Origin: a virus
Taxonomy: Duplodnaviria > Caudoviricetes
Virus record (IMG/VR): IMGVR_UViG_3300012351_000011
Location: 1 to 54,989 of that record
Strand: one strand, 5' to 3'
DNA: 54,989 nucleotides
Shown here in pieces: positions 37,209 through 45,266 of this stretch (position 1 is its first letter; every line of letters starts with the position of its first letter). Position numbers and translations under genes: made by a program. The notes under the pieces are model-generated. The model saw only the letters and a program-made list of their open reading frames with translations, ran no database searches and was not told the DNA's origin.

Positions 37209-37567
37209 TAACAAACATTAGCGCACATGCGACATCTTTGCTCATTTGGGGAATTGTTATACACTTAATCGTCGACTGGTTGTTCCAAAATGATTGGATG
37301 GCAAAATATAAGTCAAATTTGCGTCATCCAGCGGCCTATGTTCATAGCGGTATCCATTTTATTGGCTTATTGCTGATTTTCCCGCTGTTTATTGCTCTGC
37401 TTATCGCTGTTATTCACCTTTTGATTGATACACGTGTTCCATTGGTATGGTGGAGAAGCTTTTTCAGGCAGACGCAAGAGGGACCGGCAGCATTGCATGT
37501 TGCCATGTGGGGAGACCAGGTGCTTCACATTGTTGTGTTGGCTATTGTAGCGTTGGTGATTGGATAG
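37205..37567 (+). CDS. DUF3307-like membrane protein
   Basis: HLIVDWLFQNDWMA..K, HS.IH, HLLID, DQVLH. Confidence 0.8.
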   Translation: MITNISAHATSLLIWGIVIHLIVDWLFQNDWMAKYKSNLRHPAAYVHSGIHFIGLLLIFPLFIALLIAVIHLLIDTRVPLVWWRSFFRQTQEGPAALHVAMWGDQVLHIVVLAIVALVIG

Positions 37568-37571
37568 CTAT

Positions 37572-37793
37572 ATGGATGAATGTACGCATAAAGAGTTTGA
37601 AGCATCTGTGGCAGTTAACCGAATTGAGGATATAGGGCGGTTTGCAGCCGATGTTCGTATTGTTTGCTGTGAATGCAAAACACCATTTTACTTTTTAGGC
37701 TTACCTGGAGGCATTCATATTGACCATCCAACTGTTTCGGTTGACGCTACTGAAGCACGTTTACCGATTGCACCGTTGCAAAGCGAGAACTGA
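37572..37793 (+). CDS. Hypothetical zinc-binding protein
   Basis: C.H..F, CCEC motif. Confidence 0.6.
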   Translation: MDECTHKEFEASVAVNRIEDIGRFAADVRIVCCECKTPFYFLGLPGGIHIDHPTVSVDATEARLPIAPLQSEN

Positions 37794-37796
37794 TAG

Positions 37797-38405
37797 ATGC
37801 CTGACCTTTCCCAGTACGTCTATGATCCACGCACGAGGCGCTATCGCAACACCGTCTCAGGTCAATTTGTGACTGCAAAGTCAGTGCGGTTCGCAGTAGA
37901 TACCATCATCGACGCTGAAACCGTCAAAGTTCGTGACATTGCGCAGCGTCTCATAGATGGCCAAATCAACCTTGCAGAGTGGCAAATTCAGACGACAAGC
38001 TTGCTCAAAACGCTCTATGTTGCCATGGGGATAGCGGCTAATGGAGGTTTTGAGAATACAAGCAACTCTGATCTTGGTTATCTTGGCTCACTCATCAAAG
38101 AGCAGTACAAATTCTTGCGCAACTTTGCCAATGACATCAAACAGGGACGGCAAGCGTTAGATGGGACACTCCTTGCAAGGGCCGAGCTCTACAGTCAGGC
38201 CTCGCGCGGAATTTACTCTGATATGGTGACACGAGCGGCCAAATTAGGCGGCATGTCAGAAGCTAAAAGGGCACTTGGGATTGCAGATCACTGCTCAACA
38301 TGCCTTTCACAAGCCGCTTTAGGCTGGCAAAGTATCGATAATGTACTTCCAATTGGAGATGCTGAATGTTTATCAAATTGTAGATGTGACCTTATTTTCA
38401 GGTAG
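37797..38405 (+). CDS. Minor head / head-morphogenesis protein (gpF-like)
   Basis: C-terminal HCSTC...CLSNCRC; located in the head module. Confidence 0.7.
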   Translation: MPDLSQYVYDPRTRRYRNTVSGQFVTAKSVRFAVDTIIDAETVKVRDIAQRLIDGQINLAEWQIQTTSLLKTLYVAMGIAANGGFENTSNSDLGYLGSLIKEQYKFLRNFANDIKQGRQALDGTLLARAELYSQASRGIYSDMVTRAAKLGGMSEAKRALGIADHCSTCLSQAALGWQSIDNVLPIGDAECLSNCRCDLIFR

Positions 38406-38409
38406 AAAT

Positions 38410-38613
38410 ATGAGTGAAAGTATTGTTGGCCGGAGATGCAGGGGATGTGGCAATGAGATATATGAGCACATTGGAGGTTTTTGTCAGCAGTGCTGGGAGA
38501 AGTCGAAACGGTTAAAAGGCACAAAGAAACCTTCTTTCCAGCGTGAAGTTGTTTTGAGTGCGTCATTTGCTGAAGCACTCGTAAGATATTCTACATACAG
38601 AAAAAGGAAATAA
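38410..38613 (+). CDS. Small CxxC protein
   Basis: CRGC..CQQC. Confidence 0.5.
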   Translation: MSESIVGRRCRGCGNEIYEHIGGFCQQCWEKSKRLKGTKKPSFQREVVLSASFAEALVRYSTYRKRK

Positions 38614-38617
38614 TGTT

Positions 38618-39070
38618 ATGCCAGATTTAGAAGAAGTAGTATTTCAGGCGTTGGGTGAAGCAAGTATGTGCTGGGGTGAGACGCCAAAGGGTGTGTTTGA
38701 CGGTGCCAACGCAAAGCGTATAGGTGATGAATTGCTCAAAGCGGTAAAGGAGCCTGTAAATGCTGCTTATACCGAACGCAATATGTGTGTTGCTCTTCTG
38801 GCTCAATACGCTCAGTGGTTTGGTCACAAAGTTGGTATTAAGCAGCATGTAGGCGAGGACTGGGAAGATGAGTGGAGAAATGTTTTGTTTATCGATCTGC
38901 CAACAGGTCAAGTATCCTGGCATCTCCACAAAGATGAACTGGTCAATTTCCCAGATATACAGTCGTATGATGGTGAGTGGGACGGCCATACTACAGAAGA
39001 AAAATATGAGCGTGTAAAGAAATTCATTCATCTGGGCAAAGCATCACGCGGTTTAAGCTTTACCAAATAA
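38618..39070 (+). CDS. WDGH-domain-like phage protein
   Basis: LPTGQVSWH...WDGHTT. Confidence 0.75.
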   Translation: MPDLEEVVFQALGEASMCWGETPKGVFDGANAKRIGDELLKAVKEPVNAAYTERNMCVALLAQYAQWFGHKVGIKQHVGEDWEDEWRNVLFIDLPTGQVSWHLHKDELVNFPDIQSYDGEWDGHTTEEKYERVKKFIHLGKASRGLSFTK

Positions 39071-39129
39071 CTCTTGACTTCTCAACATCTTGTACATATG
39101 TCTTGACATGACCCGAAAGGAATAGTATT

Positions 39130-39723
39130 ATGTCTAGTAATAACCCAGCAAATAGTTCTGATCCACAAGGCCAGACGCCCAACGATCAGAACCCTCCGGG
39201 CCAGGCGCCCAACTCAAACGGTCAGGCACCGAATGAGACTTCAAATGTTTCTACCGAAGATTTGTTGCGCCAAATTAAAGAGTTGCGCAGCGAAAACGCT
39301 TCTCATCGCAAAAAGACTCAAGAGCAAGCGACGGCAGCCCAGGCGGCTGAACAGCAACGCTTGAAAGAGCAAGGCGAATATAAGCAGCTTGCTGAAACGC
39401 ACGAAGCGCGTGTCAAGCAACTTGAACCAGTTGAAACCAGTTACAAAGCTTTGTCAGAGCGCGTCAATGCGCAAATCGACACGCAAATTAAGGATTGGCC
39501 TGCTGAAGTGAAGAGTCTTGTTCCATCCAGTGAAACGCCGGTTGAACAGCGTCTTGAACAGCTTGAACGATTGCGCCCACTTGTAGACAAACTGCAACTT
39601 CAAGCCAAAGGCACACAACGAGGCAATAGTCCTAATCCGCCTGCAACCGGTCAGGTTGGAGACCCGGCAACACACGAGGAAAACGTCAAGAAGCTTCGTC
39701 GAAGCGGAATGTACGGATTTTAA
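39130..39723 (+). CDS. Capsid scaffolding protein
   Basis: Disordered N-terminus, LRSENASHR coiled coil, upstream of capsid genes. Confidence 0.8.
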   Translation: MSSNNPANSSDPQGQTPNDQNPPGQAPNSNGQAPNETSNVSTEDLLRQIKELRSENASHRKKTQEQATAAQAAEQQRLKEQGEYKQLAETHEARVKQLEPVETSYKALSERVNAQIDTQIKDWPAEVKSLVPSSETPVEQRLEQLERLRPLVDKLQLQAKGTQRGNSPNPPATGQVGDPATHEENVKKLRRSGMYGF

Positions 39724-39747
39724 CACACATAAAGGAGCCATGAACAT

Positions 39748-40146
39748 ATGGCCGCGATAAGCAAAAGTGGAACCCCTTCAATTTCCACACCCTTAGTTTC
39801 TCCTGAGCAGCGTCTTAGTGGCCTGTTAGCGGGAGAGGCCATAGCCGCTGGTGATGCGTGCTATATCAACTCAGCAGACAATAAACTCTATCGTTCAACA
39901 GGTGCCGCTGCTAATGCCGCTGCCCAGGTTGACGGCTTTGCAGCGACCTCTGCCGCTATTGGTGAGGCATTATCCATCTACTTCGGAATTAATTTCCGCT
40001 ATGGCGCTGGACTCACACCGGGAACGTCGCTGTTTCTCAGCGGTACAACCCCAGGTGGGCTCGACACTGCCGCCAGTACAGGTGGAACCGTCGTCATAGC
40101 GCGTACCATGGACGACACGCGCATCTACGTGCGTAAGAGCTACTAA
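39748..40146 (+). CDS. Head decoration protein
   Basis: AGEAIAAGDACYI; small Gly/Ala-rich beta protein before the MCP. Confidence 0.7.
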   Translation: MAAISKSGTPSISTPLVSPEQRLSGLLAGEAIAAGDACYINSADNKLYRSTGAAANAAAQVDGFAATSAAIGEALSIYFGINFRYGAGLTPGTSLFLSGTTPGGLDTAASTGGTVVIARTMDDTRIYVRKSY

Positions 40147-40183
40147 AAATGTGCCGATAGCACAAGAAAGGTAACCCAAGAAG

Positions 40184-41236
40184 ATGGCATACGGCACATT
40201 ACAAATTCTCGATACGCTTGCCGCAAACCGGACGTTTATTGCGAACTACGGTGAAGACAATGCGTACCGAGCAATTCAAGCGTTTCTCGACGCACACAAT
40301 GAGATCGTCGGCATGATGCTTGATGACCTCGTAGAGACCACTACAGACCGCCTACGCCGCTACGGTGGTGTTGACACCATGACCATGATCGAAGGCGATG
40401 AGTTTTCAACACCTGATGTTCAAAAGGTCCTCCCGGGCGTAAACGTCGGTTTTCCTCTGCGCCTGTTCCAGCTTGGCTTGCAGTGGACAACCAAATACTT
40501 CCAAACGCACACCGTGGCAGAATTGGCTGGCCAGGTAAATGCCGCCATGACTGCTGACGCGCGAAGAATTCAATCTGAATTGAAACGAGCAATCTTTACC
40601 CCGACCAATAACACCGCGTACATTGATAGGCTGGTTGACAATCTCAACCTTCCCATTCGCGCTCTGCTGAACGCTGACGGAACGCAAATCCCGGCTGACC
40701 CCTTCGGTAACACGTTCAACCCGGCCACTCATACGCACTATCTGGGAGCTGCTGCATGGGCTGCCGCTGACCTGACCGCGCTCATTAACACGGTGCTAGA
40801 GCACTACAACGAAGGTGGCATCAAGGTCTATATCAATCAGGCGCAAGAAGCCGCTGTACGTGGATTTGCAGGTTTTACCGCATACGTTGACAGTCGTATC
40901 ATTACAGCGACTACGCAGTCTATTGGACAAGAGCCATTAGACCTGATGAACGTCTACAACCGCGCTATTGGCGTGTTTGGCGCGGCTGAAGTATGGGTCA
41001 AACCATGGGTGATTGCGAACTATGTATTCGCATTCAATCCCAATCAGCGCAAGCCATTGGCCATGCGCACACGCGATAATACCCCGACCGGACTGCGTAT
41101 CGCCGCTGAATACGATGAATATCCGCTGCACGCCAAATTTATGGAGCGTGAATTCGGCCTGGGTGTCCAGGAGCGCCAAAACGGGGCCATTTTGCAAACA
41201 AATAACGCCACATATACTGTTCCTGCATCTTTCTAA
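40184..41236 (+). CDS. Major capsid protein (HK97 fold)
   Basis: 350 aa; position after scaffold and decoration genes. Confidence 0.8.
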   Translation: MAYGTLQILDTLAANRTFIANYGEDNAYRAIQAFLDAHNEIVGMMLDDLVETTTDRLRRYGGVDTMTMIEGDEFSTPDVQKVLPGVNVGFPLRLFQLGLQWTTKYFQTHTVAELAGQVNAAMTADARRIQSELKRAIFTPTNNTAYIDRLVDNLNLPIRALLNADGTQIPADPFGNTFNPATHTHYLGAAAWAAADLTALINTVLEHYNEGGIKVYINQAQEAAVRGFAGFTAYVDSRIITATTQSIGQEPLDLMNVYNRAIGVFGAAEVWVKPWVIANYVFAFNPNQRKPLAMRTRDNTPTGLRIAAEYDEYPLHAKFMEREFGLGVQERQNGAILQTNNATYTVPASF

Positions 41237-41310
41237 TCCTGATATAAGTGGCTATATACCCGTATAGCCGCTTACATCATACTTTCTTCTAAGAGAAGGA
41301 GATATCTGAT

Positions 41311-41487
41311 ATGGCAGATAAAGCAAACGATCAGCAACCTACCGAAGCTGAGAAGCAAAAAGCGCTTGCTGAAGCCAATGCTCAGGCGCAAGCAAACCGA
41401 CTTGATGAGACGCGGCCAGGTGGTTACTACATTGTGAACGGAAAAGCCGTCGATGCTGAAGGCAACGAAATCAAGGATAAGAAATAA
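41311..41487 (+). CDS. 58-aa hypothetical head-associated protein
   Basis: AAGGAG RBS; MADKANDQ...GGYYIVNGKAVDAEGNEI; not in the ORF track. Confidence 0.65.
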   Translation: MADKANDQQPTEAEKQKALAEANAQAQANRLDETRPGGYYIVNGKAVDAEGNEIKDKK

Positions 41488-41490
41488 CCT

Positions 41491-41925
41491 GTGGATAGAA
41501 CCACTGCCACCAACTACCTGAGCAATGAATATGCTGAACTGGCGACTGATGCCAAATTTACAACGCAGCAAACCAGTACAGCGTATTCAACCGCGCTGGA
41601 TATGGCTTTGCGGTTTCTTGGCTATCAGGAGAGCGATTTAGCTACAGCAGATGTTCAAGCGCCAATTCTGAGTTACATTGCCTTGATGAACTACTTCACG
41701 CTGAAGCGCTTTTCACGCTTGCTCTCAATTCGTTTCGATGTCGAGATTACCGGCGCGTTGAAAGCGTCGAGATCGCAAGCATTTGCGCAAGTGGAAAAGC
41801 TCTTGATAGATGCTGAAATGGAGTGTATCAACCTTGGCTTTCAAGTTGGTGGGATCTCAAGTTTTCAAATGGGACGTATCACGCTCGACTTCATGGAACC
41901 TGATAGCTTGGGAGGAACGTTCTAA
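41491..41925 (+). CDS. Head-tail adaptor
   Basis: Helical; position after the MCP. Confidence 0.6.
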   Translation: MDRTTATNYLSNEYAELATDAKFTTQQTSTAYSTALDMALRFLGYQESDLATADVQAPILSYIALMNYFTLKRFSRLLSIRFDVEITGALKASRSQAFAQVEKLLIDAEMECINLGFQVGGISSFQMGRITLDFMEPDSLGGTF

Positions 41926-42318
41926 ATGGCTTTGTTCACGGATACTGACCTCCAGGGTTTCAGCGATTTAGCGCAAGATTTAGCGCTCAAGGACACATGT
42001 GACATCTTGCGTGAAACCGATGGTGCAGATGACGGGTCAGGCGGCAATGCTCCTACATGGCCTGCCGCACTGACTGGTATCCCTTGCATCGTAGTTGATG
42101 GAGGCCGTAAGCCCGCTGAACAGCTGTTGGCTATGAAACTGGTTGGCAAAGTCATGAAAACCATCAGTTTGCCGCGCCAAACCGATGTGAGAGGCACGGA
42201 TCGTATCAGTGTCACGTCAGGAAACTCATTTAACACAGCCATTTATCACATTATCGATGTGGAAGACCCAACGACGTATGAAGTATTGAGACGGGTATCA
42301 GTGTGGAGGGAGAAATAG
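41926..42318 (+). CDS. Head closure / stopper protein
   Basis: D.C.I.R..D.SGG, LP..TDV..DRI pattern. Confidence 0.7.
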   Translation: MALFTDTDLQGFSDLAQDLALKDTCDILRETDGADDGSGGNAPTWPAALTGIPCIVVDGGRKPAEQLLAMKLVGKVMKTISLPRQTDVRGTDRISVTSGNSFNTAIYHIIDVEDPTTYEVLRRVSVWREK

Positions 42319-42320
42319 CC

Positions 42321-42518
42321 ATGAAACTGCCAAAGGGAATAAAGATCACACAAGCGTCTGATCAGAGCAAAGCACAAGCAGGTCACATGATGTTCAATAT
42401 CAAAATTGCAAAATGGTACATCCCTGTTTTGTTTGTAAAGGCTCTGTGGAACCATGAAATACCGCTCCGACACTGGCCTTTAGCTATCTACAGGTACTAC
42501 ACCAGGAAGGGTAAATAA
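42321..42518 (+). CDS. Hypothetical protein
   Basis: GGAGG upstream. Confidence 0.5.
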   Translation: MKLPKGIKITQASDQSKAQAGHMMFNIKIAKWYIPVLFVKALWNHEIPLRHWPLAIYRYYTRKGK

Positions 42519-42521
42519 GCC

Positions 42522-42926
42522 ATGGCAGACGGAATCACTATTGACATTCTAGGCAACAAAGCCATTTTAGATAATCTCGACAAGTTTTGTGAAGAGTTGC
42601 AAGAGAAGGCCATTGCTAAGACCGTTGACGCTGGCTACATGGCACTTGATTTGGCGAATGAGCGTACACCTGTTGGCACAAAATCATATGTGCATGAGGA
42701 TGAAGTGCATCCTGGCTATCTCAAATCTCGTAACCAGCTTACTGTCAACCGTGAAGGACCTCAGGTTGATGTGACTGTCAGCAATGACGCTCCGTATAGC
42801 ATCCCAGTGATTTTGGGGCATCACACAAGAAGTGGTTCATGGGTAGATCCACAAGATTTCCTAACGCCTTCATTCGATGACGCAGGCAGATGGTTAGAAG
42901 GTGAATTGAAAGGGTTAATGCGATGA
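42522..42926 (+). CDS. HK97 gp10-like neck/tail completion protein
   Basis: TPV..GYLKS, APYS..V..GH, FLTPSF. Confidence 0.75.
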   Translation: MADGITIDILGNKAILDNLDKFCEELQEKAIAKTVDAGYMALDLANERTPVGTKSYVHEDEVHPGYLKSRNQLTVNREGPQVDVTVSNDAPYSIPVILGHHTRSGSWVDPQDFLTPSFDDAGRWLEGELKGLMR

Positions 42927-43096
42927 ATATACAAGAAGTGCAAATACTAGAAGACAACAGGCGGCCATATCTGACGCACGTTAAGGCTTTCCAGCCAACG
43001 GTTGTGAGTGTGGTTTCTCTGGCAAGTGAGACGAGCCGCCAGATGAAAGAAGACAACCGGAAACGGCAAGTAGAAGCGCTCAAGAAGCGTAAGTAG
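42923..43096 (+). CDS. 57-aa hypothetical protein
   Basis: ATGA overlap; fills the gap; not in the ORF track. Confidence 0.45.
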   Translation: MNIQEVQILEDNRRPYLTHVKAFQPTVVSVVSLASETSRQMKEDNRKRQVEALKKRK

Positions 43097-43111
43097 AGGT
43101 CATATCCAGAA

Positions 43112-43558
43112 ATGGCACAGCCGTTCAACGAAGTCCAGACTGCCATTGTTACTGCTTTGCGTGCTGATGTTCCTGTGCGAACATCTCTACCAGGCTCACA
43201 ATCGCCAAATTGGAACATTCTTGACCATGTGCCAGCAACGCAAATCTATCCTTATATCTACGTCGGAGACATTCAAGGGGCAATAGGCTCTACCCTTGCA
43301 ATGGGGCCAAATGGCAAAGCTACAGATTTATTGGTGACACTGCACATTTTCAGCCAATATAACGGGTGGAAAGAAGTGCAGGGAATAGTAAGCGCTATCG
43401 ACAATGTGCTCAATGAGAAAAATTTAGCTTTAGCTAATGGCTTTACCTGGTTCTTTTGCTTATTTGATAATTTTATCCCAGTCCCTGAAGACGATCAGGG
43501 AATAAACGATATCACACGGCATGGAGCCTTGCGTTACCGGATAAAAACCCAAGGCTAA
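43112..43558 (+). CDS. Tail terminator (DUF3168-like)
   Basis: DHVP..YPYIYVG, TLHIFS..GWKEV, RHGALRY. Confidence 0.8.
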   Translation: MAQPFNEVQTAIVTALRADVPVRTSLPGSQSPNWNILDHVPATQIYPYIYVGDIQGAIGSTLAMGPNGKATDLLVTLHIFSQYNGWKEVQGIVSAIDNVLNEKNLALANGFTWFFCLFDNFIPVPEDDQGINDITRHGALRYRIKTQG

Positions 43559-43620
43559 CCCCTTGCAAGGGTTACATTTGTACACACGACTTATCAACAG
43601 GTTGACAGGAGAACGAATCA

Positions 43621-44025
43621 ATGGCGCAAACCGCAGGATTTAACGGCCTATTAAAACTCTCAACAACACCTTCGCCTACAACTACTATTGGTCAATTAAA
43701 GGACGCTCAGCAGCAACTAGCGGCTGATATGTACGATGTCACCTTCATGGGTGATAGGGCCAAGGATTTTTTGAGCGGCCTCTATGGTGGCACCATTCCG
43801 GCTAAATGTAACTACGACAAAACCGATTCAGTGCAGACCGTGGCGGAAGCGGCGTTCTTTGCTGGTACATTGCTGTACTACATCTTCTCACCATCGAACG
43901 GGGCGGCTAATACCAACTATGCAGGGACGCTGTACGTTGCGAACTGGAATGTGCATGACCCGGTGAACAACGTGGTTGAGATTGACGCGACGTTCCAAAT
44001 AACCGGGGCAATCACAGTCAGTTGA
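43621..44025 (+). CDS. Tail tube protein 1
   Basis: DVT..D..KDFLSGL, terminal ATFQITGA. Confidence 0.75.
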   Translation: MAQTAGFNGLLKLSTTPSPTTTIGQLKDAQQQLAADMYDVTFMGDRAKDFLSGLYGGTIPAKCNYDKTDSVQTVAEAAFFAGTLLYYIFSPSNGAANTNYAGTLYVANWNVHDPVNNVVEIDATFQITGAITVS

Positions 44026-44054
44026 TTTCTGTCCTGAATTGGAGGGACTAATCC

Positions 44055-44711
44055 ATGGCACAGCTTGCTGGTTTCCAAGGGCAGGTGCTCATCACACAAA
44101 CGCCCAACGTGGCTATCTCGAACCAGTTGCTACAGGACTCAGGTGATCACACCACATTCACCGTCAAAGTGGTCGATGCGGCAAAACGCTACTGGGATGA
44201 CACAACCGCGTTCGTCTTCCAAACGTCACCAGATGGTACTACATGGACGACGGTTGCACCCGCATCTGTCAAGTACGTGGGAGGTAGTGTCACATTCCCA
44301 GCGGCAGTCACAGGCGCTACGCCGTCAGCGCGAGTCAGTAGCGGCGCGTACTGGCCTTACTCGACGATGCTTGAGGTCACTGACTGGAAATTCAGTGGCC
44401 AGCGTCTCATGAAAGATGTCACCAGCATGAAAGGGCCTGGCAGCACTGACAGGTCGAAGGCGTTCATACCACTTCAGTTAACAGGCAACATGTCGCTCAA
44501 CAAATGGTGGCAAACAGAATTGGCAGAGGTGACTGGCTTCCTCAATTTGATCACCACAGGGGCAAGAACGGTCTTGTCGCTTGTGACACCTGCTAACAAC
44601 AGGTATGAGGGCTATGTCTTTATGAAAACCGGTGCTACCCATATTCCAGTAGCGGACGTGGTAGACCGCGCTCTACAGTTCCAAATCACCGGCAACTTCT
44701 ATGGCAACTAA
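44055..44711 (+). CDS. Tail tube protein 2 (paralogue with inserted domain)
   Basis: MAQLAGFQG start, DVTS..KAFIP, terminal LQFQITG. Confidence 0.65.
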   Translation: MAQLAGFQGQVLITQTPNVAISNQLLQDSGDHTTFTVKVVDAAKRYWDDTTAFVFQTSPDGTTWTTVAPASVKYVGGSVTFPAAVTGATPSARVSSGAYWPYSTMLEVTDWKFSGQRLMKDVTSMKGPGSTDRSKAFIPLQLTGNMSLNKWWQTELAEVTGFLNLITTGARTVLSLVTPANNRYEGYVFMKTGATHIPVADVVDRALQFQITGNFYGN

Positions 44712-44739
44712 TCACTAAAAAGAAAGTGAAATATCACCT

Positions 44740-45150
44740 ATGCAATTTAATGCACAATCGGCACGAAATTATCTGAGCAACCGCAAACGAGCGACCAAAG
44801 ATATTGATACTCCCTGGTGGTCAGAAAAAGACGCCGATGGTAACGAGATCGGCCTCCAGGGACATGTACAAATCAGGAAGCTTTCAGCGGGGGAAGGCTT
44901 TGATGTCGATAAGATTGAGGATGATGGACAGCGCGGCGCATTCATCCTCTCAAAAGCGCTCATCTTGAAAGATACAGGAGAGCCGTTGTTTGAAGCTACT
45001 GGCCTGAGCATGACCCTGGATATCGACCTGGATGCTTCACGCAAACTGGCCTATGAGATCAAGGTGTTCAATGGTCTCATTCCTGGCGCGTTTGAGGAAA
45101 AAAAAGAGAGTTCGAGTCAAGCGCCCGAAAGCGTACCGTCTACGAACTAG
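44740..45150 (+). CDS. Tail assembly chaperone (gpG-like)
   Basis: Between tube and tape measure; slippery A8 run near the 3' end. Confidence 0.75.
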   Translation: MQFNAQSARNYLSNRKRATKDIDTPWWSEKDADGNEIGLQGHVQIRKLSAGEGFDVDKIEDDGQRGAFILSKALILKDTGEPLFEATGLSMTLDIDLDASRKLAYEIKVFNGLIPGAFEEKKESSSQAPESVPSTN

Positions 45151-45266
45151 CTTTGTTGCTGCATAAGAGTGCAGCGGAAATCTGGGAACTGGATAACACT
45201 GAAATCATTGAGTGGTTAGCCTTCCTGCAACTAAAAGCGCAACCGAAAGAAGAAACTGAGCAATGA
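45105..45266 (+). CDS. Frameshifted chaperone extension (gpT-like)
   Basis: -1 frame after A-AAA-AAA reads ..YELALLLHKSAAEIWELDNTEIIEWLAF..; stop overlaps the TMP start. Confidence 0.75.
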   Translation, partial: REFESSARKRTVYELALLLHKSAAEIWELDNTEIIEWLAFLQLKAQPKEETEQ

